This document shows positions 7,527 through 13,575 of a stretch of 20,000 nt of DNA, piece by piece. Every line of letters begins with the position of its first letter. Position 1 is the first letter of the stretch. Source of the DNA: an uncultured virus (IMG/VR IMGVR_UViG_3300025305_000013) (Duplodnaviria; Heunggongvirae; Uroviricota; Caudoviricetes); the IMG/VR virus record IMGVR_UViG_3300025305_000013; one strand, written 5' to 3'. The translations under genes and the position numbers were made by a program. The notes beneath the pieces are model-generated. The model did no database searches, was not told where the DNA came from, and saw only the letters and a list, made by a program, of their open reading frames with translations.

Positions 7527-8203
7527 TAGATATAGCTCCTGCTGGGTACAAGATGTAGAGAAGTTCTACTACGATCTTCATCTGTAGCTAGTTTAAAATC
7601 TTGTTCATATTGCATCTTTAATAATTCAGCTTTTTCTGGATTCTTTTTTAAAGCAATGTAGTAAGATAACCCACTAGCCATGCAAGGCATAAACCTTGAA
7701 GGTATTTCAGGGTCTTGTGCAGATGCAGTCACATCATCTATGCGTTGGATAGTATTAGCTACCAACCTATAGGTATATGTACTGTCTGGTGTTGGCCACA
7801 ACTTAACAGTTGGGGTTGTTTGTCTATCTAAAAAGTACTGGGTAGGTCTTCCTGTAGAAGACTTATCGGGAATATTTAAATATTCTGCTCTGCCTATCCT
7901 TGTAAGCTGCAGATCTGTAGTATTTGAAGCAGAATCAATCTGGCGTATGATTGCGGAAACTATGTCTAAATCATAGGAATTTAAAGTGTAGCTATTAGTC
8001 CCTGACGTTAGATTAGTTGTAACTTGCTCTATCGTCCAAAGATTAACACCTCTATTAGACCAATCAGCGAACATTATATTTAATGAACGCCGAGCAGTTT
8101 CCGCATCATACCCCGTTCTTAATTCCAGACCAGCTAATTCATAGGCCTCTTCTATGGTATCTGCTATCGTTAGTGCAAATGTCTTGGTACCAGAAGTAGC
8201 CAT
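7526..8203 (-). CDS. Putative head-tail adaptor / connector protein
   Basis: ARRSLNIMFADWSNRGVNLW and GRPTQYFLDR...LWPTPDSTYT motifs; helical N- and C-termini around a beta core; GAGG RBS; post-capsid position. Confidence 0.72.
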   Translation of the reverse strand: MATSGTKTFALTIADTIEEAYELAGLELRTGYDAETARRSLNIMFADWSNRGVNLWTIEQVTTNLTSGTNSYTLNSYDLDIVSAIIRQIDSASNTTDLQLTRIGRAEYLNIPDKSSTGRPTQYFLDRQTTPTVKLWPTPDSTYTYRLVANTIQRIDDVTASAQDPEIPSRFMPCMASGLSYYIALKKNPEKAELLKMQYEQDFKLATDEDRSRTSLHLVPSRSYI

Positions 8204-8208
8204 GCCCT

Positions 8209-8634
8209 CTATGATCCAGGAGCTTCATAATATTTTAAAAATTCACACCAAACCGTATACTCGTTTCCTGCATCAGAGGTGGAGGGTATTACAAGAAGTA
8301 CATCTCCTGAATACCCTGATGCCGCTGTATTTTTTAGTCCACCAATCTCACTAAAATCAAATGAATTATCATAAGATAAAGTGAGAAAAGTCACATCTGT
8401 AGTTGCGTCCCAATCTAAAGAAGCTGGGGCATCAGGTGCCCCACTACAGGTATACCAAACCTTATTTAAGGAAACATGAGCACAGGATTCACCAGTCATA
8501 TCAGAAGCGTTCAAAGCTGAAACGTCTACTAGTGTAGTACTACTTGCGCTCCCATCTGAATAAACTGAACAATAAACAATTAACTTCCTTTCGCCATCAA
8601 GCTGATTAGTTGGACCTGTGACTGAATTAGCCAT
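8209..8634 (-). CDS. Hypothetical virion protein
   Basis: 141-aa acidic beta-rich ORF between the post-capsid gene and the adaptor, with a GGGG-type RBS. Confidence 0.7.
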   Translation of the reverse strand: MANSVTGPTNQLDGERKLIVYCSVYSDGSASSTTLVDVSALNASDMTGESCAHVSLNKVWYTCSGAPDAPASLDWDATTDVTFLTLSYDNSFDFSEIGGLKNTAASGYSGDVLLVIPSTSDAGNEYTVWCEFLKYYEAPGS

Positions 8635-8644
8635 AGTTTACCCC

Positions 8645-9502
8645 CTATTCGTAGATTAATCTACTAATTGCTTGATGATGAACATCCAGGGCTTCTGCCG
8701 CTGCTGCTCCTGCTTCAATTCCAATATATGGGATTAAATTAATGTCGTTAGTTAAAGCTGCTGTCGGCGTTGTTCCTTTAGTTACTGCTGTGCCACCAGT
8801 ACTGCCAGAAGTTGTCGTTACATTATACTGGATACCGTTAACAAAAATAGACGCTTTTCTATTAGAGTCAATTTTTATTGCTAGTCGGTATAATGTATTT
8901 GCTGCAACTGTTATAGGAAGAGCACTGATATAATCAGTTCCTCCAATACTGTGAACAAAATGAAGCAATGTATAGTCCGTGAATGCTTCTGAATTTGTTG
9001 CGTCAGTTTGGAACTTGAAAAACGCTTGGTCAGCGTCTGTTGCAATTAACTGATCATTAGTCAATTTGAGACCCGCCCAAATTTTCTGGTTATCAATCGC
9101 ATTAGTCGAGATTGCACATTCCCACTCTACCTGATTTTCCGTTCCCCAACCCGCACCAGTCCAAGCTGTTTGGTTAGTATCTAGATGAGGAAGAATAATC
9201 GATTGATCTTGGTCTGCGCCAGCTGTGGTTATTGTAAGACCAGCTCTATCTGAGTCAAAAGTTACTAAAGCAGTGGTCATATTAGTGCCCAATACTTCAA
9301 AATCTAGATTATACGCAATAGCAATTGCTGCATTGAGTGCTGGTTTTTGATTCCAATACTCGTCTAGATAGTAACGACGAGTATCTCGGGTAGAAACAGA
9401 ACTACCTGAATTATCCGAAATTTCTCCTGTCGTTGAATTCTCACTTATTACCTTAAAACCATTTCTAGACCTAACTGGTCCACTGAATGTTGAATTTGCC
9501 AT
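8645..9502 (-). CDS. Putative capsid-associated fibre/decoration protein with beta-sandwich (lectin-like) domain
   Basis: Strong AAGGAGG RBS. Short N-terminal anchor-like segment MANSTFSGPVRSRNGF, a Ser-rich linker, then a beta-rich domain (YRLAIKIDSNRKASIFVNG). First gene after the capsid terminator. Function inferred. Confidence 0.6.
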   Translation of the reverse strand: MANSTFSGPVRSRNGFKVISENSTTGEISDNSGSSVSTRDTRRYYLDEYWNQKPALNAAIAIAYNLDFEVLGTNMTTALVTFDSDRAGLTITTAGADQDQSIILPHLDTNQTAWTGAGWGTENQVEWECAISTNAIDNQKIWAGLKLTNDQLIATDADQAFFKFQTDATNSEAFTDYTLLHFVHSIGGTDYISALPITVAANTLYRLAIKIDSNRKASIFVNGIQYNVTTTSGSTGGTAVTKGTTPTAALTNDINLIPYIGIEAGAAAAEALDVHHQAISRLIYE

Positions 9503-9595
9503 AATTTCCTCCTTAAGGAAATAATTCTATAGTCTTGGCTTTGTCTGCTAGGTCAGTCTATAGAATAAATATACCCTAGGAATTTTATTCTATCG
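9503..9595 (-). ncRNA. Structured RNA leader downstream of the major capsid gene (candidate Mu-gpT-DE-like element)
   Basis: 9-bp stem 9558-9566/9524-9532 encloses a CUG-ACCUAG-CAG mini-hairpin whose loop CCUAG (9548-9552) is complementary to upstream CUAGG (9575-9579). An alternative 10-bp stem is 9584-9593/9560-9569, and a 7-bp RBS hairpin is 9516-9522/9504-9510. Identity with the published Mu-gpT-DE motif is inferred from location only. Confidence 0.6.
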
Positions 9596-9605
9596 TACAG
9601 CCTAT

Positions 9606-9636
9606 AAAAAAGAAAGGGAGCCGAAGCTCCCTTTCT
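9606..9636 (-). terminator. Rho-independent terminator after the major capsid gene
   Basis: Minus strand AGAAAGGGAGC-TTCG-GCTCCCTTTCT-TTTTT: a perfect 11-bp stem, cUUCGg tetraloop and U-tract, about 20 nt after the capsid stop. Confidence 0.93.
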
Positions 9637-9657
9637 ACACGATTTGAGAATCGTATT

Positions 9658-10566
9658 TTAGGCACCTGGAGAACCGTAAACACCTCTCCAATCCGACCAA
9701 CCAAAGCTGTATCTTTCTCTCGCTTTGTACCGAACATTACCGGTTTCGAAGTCTCCTTCCATACCAGTGCTCATAGCAGCTCTTTCGAAATGCTTCATGC
9801 CGTTAGGTGCATCAGTTTTGATAAAGAATGCATCTGTGTCGGTTAGATAATGGTTAACCGTATAGCCTTCTGGCAACATCCCCATATTTCTTACAGCGTT
9901 GATGTCGTTATCTGAAGTACCGACTCTGCCAGGAGAGTTTAGAATCCTGTCAGCCACAAATTGTAATTGCGGAGGTACAACCAGTTTTCTGGCTTGTACG
10001 TTCACCTTAATACCCCTTTCATCTTTTATTCCAGAGATATCAATTAAGGCGTTTTCCAACGAAGTTTCGTTCAAGTCTGCAGCAGTGCTTGGCTCATTTT
10101 TCTGATCTCCAGCTGTCAAAGTTGGATGGTCAGTAGTCATAAGTGGCTTACCGTCGCCTCCTGGATAGGAAGTTGAGAAACCATTATTAAGCACGTTTGC
10201 AGCTTTTACTTGCTTCGTATTTGCCATTGATCTAGCTAAAGCTCTAGTATATCTAGAAGAAAGCGTATCGTAGAGATTATCTTCGATTGCCTCTTCTGTC
10301 AATGCAAAGGCCAAAGCTATAGTTTCATGGGTGTAACGAGATGTGAAGGTTTCTTGTGCTGTATCATAGCTTACCGCCGCACCTTCTCCTTTAGTAGGAG
10401 CTTGTGCAAAGCCAGATAGCATCACTTCTTCCTCAAACGCTCTATCTGAAGTTTCTGTATCAAAAATTTCAGAATGCTCATTCTCGTAACGATTATACTC
10501 AAGACCAAAAAGTGCGTTCAGTCCTGGCTCGAGTTCTTTTACTAATTGAGCTCTGTTAATTGCCAT
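9658..10566 (-). CDS. Major capsid protein (HK97 fold, Mu gpT-like family)
   Basis: MAINRAQLVKELEPGLNALFGLEY, RYTHETIALAFALTEEAIEDNLY, KLVVPPQL and YKARERYSFGWSDWRG. It is 302 aa, follows scaffold and cement genes, and is followed by a strong terminator. Confidence 0.9.
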   Translation of the reverse strand: MAINRAQLVKELEPGLNALFGLEYNRYENEHSEIFDTETSDRAFEEEVMLSGFAQAPTKGEGAAVSYDTAQETFTSRYTHETIALAFALTEEAIEDNLYDTLSSRYTRALARSMANTKQVKAANVLNNGFSTSYPGGDGKPLMTTDHPTLTAGDQKNEPSTAADLNETSLENALIDISGIKDERGIKVNVQARKLVVPPQLQFVADRILNSPGRVGTSDNDINAVRNMGMLPEGYTVNHYLTDTDAFFIKTDAPNGMKHFERAAMSTGMEGDFETGNVRYKARERYSFGWSDWRGVYGSPGA

Positions 10567-10579
10567 TTCTAATCACCCC

Positions 10580-11122
10580 TTAGTCGTTACCGTAAGTAGA
10601 AGCTGGGAATATGAAATACCCTCTAGCGTATTGCGCATTGGCGGTATTATCGGGTCTCCCCACATAAGCCACCAATTTTGCTATACCACTAGCGGTAGTC
10701 GTAGTCACACCTTCTTTAGAACGGTTGTTGTTAGTATCCCCTGCAGTTGTAGAAATAGTGTGCACTTTTCCAACATCTGTCTGTGCAGGAGTCCCAGTAA
10801 ACTGAGCCTCATAGACAATATTTGGATCGGCGTACACATATGCCTTCATATTTGCAGAACCCAGCGTAGCAGTACCAGAGACAAATCTTCGTGTGAAGAC
10901 TACCTCTCCAGTGGTCTTTTGGTATTCAACACCACCAAACACACCTAGCGGAGCATCAGTTGCTCCCCCCTGAAGTACATATCCACTTGCGAGCTTTACG
11001 ACGTCTCCTGAAAAGATATCGCCAGTAGCACCACTTTGGATAGGAAACTCAGAAGGGCGAATAGTGCCCCCAGCCATGTGATAAGCTGGTGTGAAACCAT
11101 TTGGATCATTTACATTAGCCAT
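10580..11122 (-). CDS. Putative capsid cement/decoration protein
   Basis: MANVNDPNGFTP, IFSGDVV, LGVFGGVEY and VYADPNIVYEAQ; Gly/Thr-rich; immediately upstream of the capsid gene; AGGTG RBS. Confidence 0.65.
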   Translation of the reverse strand: MANVNDPNGFTPAYHMAGGTIRPSEFPIQSGATGDIFSGDVVKLASGYVLQGGATDAPLGVFGGVEYQKTTGEVVFTRRFVSGTATLGSANMKAYVYADPNIVYEAQFTGTPAQTDVGKVHTISTTAGDTNNNRSKEGVTTTTASGIAKLVAYVGRPDNTANAQYARGYFIFPASTYGND

Positions 11123-11160
11123 TTATTTCACCTTTAAGTCAATAATAAAATTCACGATTC

Positions 11161-11631
11161 TTATGAATCGCCTCCTTTACCAAATGTGATTTGAGTATTC
11201 CTATTAGGCTGACTAATAGGCATCCTACTATCACTTTCTCGCATTAAATTTGAATCGACTGCCTGCATTTGGTCTGCAGCCATTTTGTTGTAATATGCAC
11301 GTCGTTGTTCGACGGTTTCGATTGGCATTTTTGCGAGTATCAGCCCTCCTACTCCGATTACGCCAGCGTGTCTACCTTCTTCAACTGTTGGTGCTTCAAA
11401 TTCAGGGTGATCTTCTGCTCTCACAGGTTCCCATCCTTCACGAATACGTTTTGACATATTCGCTTTATCTTCTACTCCAACCATTGATTCCCGTAGCCAC
11501 CTGTATACATAACCATCTGGGGGCGTTGGTGCGTCTAATAAAGACGGTGGTTGCCATGGTTTTGGGCGAGCAGTTTTTGCTCGACTATCTGCAGATCTTG
11601 GAGTTCGATCTGAATCGGTATTAGCTACCAT
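11161..11631 (-). CDS. Conserved head-module hypothetical protein
   Basis: WQPPSLLDAPTPPDGYVYRWLR...REGWEPV...GGLILAKMP. Start revised to ATG 11631 (AAGGAG RBS), which avoids the overlap with the scaffold gene. Confidence 0.75.
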   Translation of the reverse strand: MVANTDSDRTPRSADSRAKTARPKPWQPPSLLDAPTPPDGYVYRWLRESMVGVEDKANMSKRIREGWEPVRAEDHPEFEAPTVEEGRHAGVIGVGGLILAKMPIETVEQRRAYYNKMAADQMQAVDSNLMRESDSRMPISQPNRNTQITFGKGGDS

Positions 11632-11641
11632 TTTATCTCCT

Positions 11642-12547
11642 TCACTTAACGTGTTTAGCGTATTCTTCAAGTGGTACACCAAGTCTTTTCGCTATTGCAA
11701 CTTGACTCTGTGACAACTTTACTGTGCGTCCCTTTCCTGTTCTTCCTCTTGCCCCTCGGCTAGAATTAGCAACATTTTCTTGGACGATATTTACCTGAGA
11801 ACCCGTTACCTCATCACCTAATTTATGAGGAAACGATTCTGACATTCTTAGATTCAAGTGTTGATAATATTCATCAGTAGTGGGGTCAAATCCCTCTTGT
11901 TCAACTAATTGTCTATGAAACGCAAAAGCACTCGTTGTCATAGCTAAATCATTGCCAAACCATACATTTTTTGCAGCCCATTCTTGCGCTTTTGCATCAG
12001 GCTGTGGTGGAACAGAAGTTGCATATTGTTGCTGAGGAGGTTGTTGAGCCACCGGTTGTTGTTCAGTAACCGGTTCCTCTTTTTTTGAGGGTCTAACTCT
12101 ATTTAAACTCTCAAGTTCTACTGCAAGTTTAGCAACGTCTTTTTGTGCAGTCAATAATTCATCTGTATCCCCGATATCATGTGCTTTTTTATATCGATTT
12201 TCAGCAGAGGAAAGTTGACTTTCAACTCTTGCACTATATTCATCATATAAGTTTTTATCTTTTTGTGAAAGGGTTGCCTGAGTAGTGTTAAGTTTTTCTT
12301 GAACACCTTTAGCGTACTCAAGTGCCGCTACTTCTCTTCTTTCCGCTTCACGAACCTTATAGGTAAGTTTATTTATTCGCTTTTTTACAGATTCACTGTA
12401 GTTAGCGATTTCTTCCTCACTAGATTCAGGTTCTTTACTTTCTTGAACTTCATCCGCAACAATCTGTGGAGAGTTTTCTCCTTCTTCTGTTGTTTCTTCT
12501 AGTTCAATTTCAACTTCTTCGTCTTCTACTTGCATGGGTTCAGCCAT
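11642..12547 (-). CDS. Putative capsid scaffolding protein
   Basis: Very acidic N-terminus, long coiled coil (YSESVKKRINKLT...AERRE), Q/P linker, and C-terminal VKLSQSQVAIAKRLGVPLEEYAK helix-turn-helix. Lies between portal/GroES and capsid. Confidence 0.7.
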   Translation of the reverse strand: MAEPMQVEDEEVEIELEETTEEGENSPQIVADEVQESKEPESSEEEIANYSESVKKRINKLTYKVREAERREVAALEYAKGVQEKLNTTQATLSQKDKNLYDEYSARVESQLSSAENRYKKAHDIGDTDELLTAQKDVAKLAVELESLNRVRPSKKEEPVTEQQPVAQQPPQQQYATSVPPQPDAKAQEWAAKNVWFGNDLAMTTSAFAFHRQLVEQEGFDPTTDEYYQHLNLRMSESFPHKLGDEVTGSQVNIVQENVANSSRGARGRTGKGRTVKLSQSQVAIAKRLGVPLEEYAKHVK

Positions 12548-12571
12548 GATTTTTCCTCTAGCATTGCGTGA

Positions 12572-13027
12572 TTATTCTACATCTTCCGGGTTATTCACCA
12601 CGGCGAGTATTTCATCATCGTTTAATAAGCGCAGGTCTCCTCCATCAATTTTGATTCGAGCTCCTGCGTATCTTCCAAAAATAATCCAATCTCTTTCTCG
12701 GCACCAAGGACCATTAGGAAATTTACCCTTATCTTTGTAAGCATCTGGCCCCAACGATACTACAAAACCAACATTAGTTCCTAATCTTTCTTTTTCAACA
12801 TAGGAGTCTGCTAACCTGATCCCCCCTTTAGTTACCGCTTTTTGGCTAAACGGTAATATCAACATTCTATATCCTGTTGGTTTAGGAAGTTTTTCTATAA
12901 GAGACTTATCTTCCTGAACAGATTCAGGTGTGAATTCTACTTTATCTTCTTGGGGGGAAATTTCCCGTATTAACGGAACATGATCTGGGACTGATTTGCC
13001 TTGCGGCTGTTTCTTAGCTGACATCAT
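12572..13027 (-). CDS. groES: Phage-encoded co-chaperonin GroES (Cpn10)
   Basis: PTGYRMLILP, mobile loop TKGGIRL, VVSLGPDAY, FGRYAGARIKIDG and LRLLNDDEILAVV are Cpn10 signatures, preceded by a roughly 45-aa N-terminal extension. Confidence 0.88.
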   Translation of the reverse strand: MMSAKKQPQGKSVPDHVPLIREISPQEDKVEFTPESVQEDKSLIEKLPKPTGYRMLILPFSQKAVTKGGIRLADSYVEKERLGTNVGFVVSLGPDAYKDKGKFPNGPWCRERDWIIFGRYAGARIKIDGGDLRLLNDDEILAVVNNPEDVE

Positions 13028-13217
13028 TTTGTTCCTGAATATTTTGCAGGTCTATTATTATTCTCTCGGCTGAGCTTAGACCTGATAACTCACCAAGAAT
13101 TCTTTGATACCCCTCCCAATCTTGAACACCCCCTGTCCTTAAAACTTCGGTAAGGTCTTCTTGTCGCTTGCGAAGTTCCCTTAAAAGTTTTTCGACTAAA
13201 TATATGGGGTCCATCAT
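13014..13217 (-). CDS. Small helical hypothetical protein
   Basis: 67 aa, LLRELRKRQEDL...GGVQDWEGYQRILGELSGL; directly upstream of and overlapping groES. Confidence 0.75.
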   Translation of the reverse strand: MMDPIYLVEKLLRELRKRQEDLTEVLRTGGVQDWEGYQRILGELSGLSSAERIIIDLQNIQEQNDVS

Positions 13218-13223
13218 GGGGAC

Positions 13224-13376
13224 TTAGTTACTTTTCTTTTTAACCTTGCCGCCGCCATATTTTTTAACCTTGCCGCCGCCGCCATATTTTTTAACCTTGC
13301 CGCCGCCAGCATAGTCTCCACGAGAAGTAGTGCTTTCTCCCCTCACCCATCTTTTTCTTTCATTCATTCCTGGCAT
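13224..13376 (-). CDS. 50-aa basic micro-protein with Y-x-GG(G)KVKK repeats
   Basis: Start revised to ATG 13376 (GGAG RBS, 1 nt after the upstream stop): MPGMNERKRWVRGESTTSRGDYAGGGKVKKYGGGGKVKKYGGGKVKKKSN. Confidence 0.72.
   Translation of the reverse strand: MPGMNERKRWVRGESTTSRGDYAGGGKVKKYGGGGKVKKYGGGKVKKKSN
13237..13308. repeat. Three-copy 24/27-bp tandem repeat with a variable GGC (Gly) run
   Basis: TTTTTAACCTTGCCGCCGCC(GCC)ATAT units encode GGGKVKKY / GGGGKVKKY. Confidence 0.9.
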
Positions 13377-13377
13377 T

Positions 13378-13575
13378 TTACCTTGCTCCACTAGGGCTTG
13401 AATTAAATTTTGTGCCCTTAGTTGCTGCGCCCTTGCCCTGAACTGTCTTTTGCCCTTGACCAAAAACACTCTTGCTGGTAGAGTTTAAAACAGTAGTGCC
13501 TTTAACCGGCTTACCAAGATCAATCTTTCTAGGAGCGGGAAAACTCACCTTTTTGTACTTAGTCGTATTTTTCAT
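13378..13575 (-). CDS. 65-aa basic micro-protein
   Basis: Starts directly after the portal stop (AGGTG RBS). Lys-rich with almost no acidic residues; motif QGKGAATKGTKF. Confidence 0.75.
   Translation of the reverse strand: MKNTTKYKKVSFPAPRKIDLGKPVKGTTVLNSTSKSVFGQGQKTVQGKGAATKGTKFNSSPSGAR

Noticed and set aside
9533..9557. CUGA-containing core as a hammerhead ribozyme
   Set aside because: It has CUGACC rather than CUGANGA, and no correctly placed GAAA or three-stem junction.
13377..13469. N-terminal extension of the 81-aa ORF call, or a possible frameshift fusion with the 65-aa gene
   Set aside because: ATG 13376 with its own GGAG RBS explains the gene without overlap, and no clear slippery site was identified.
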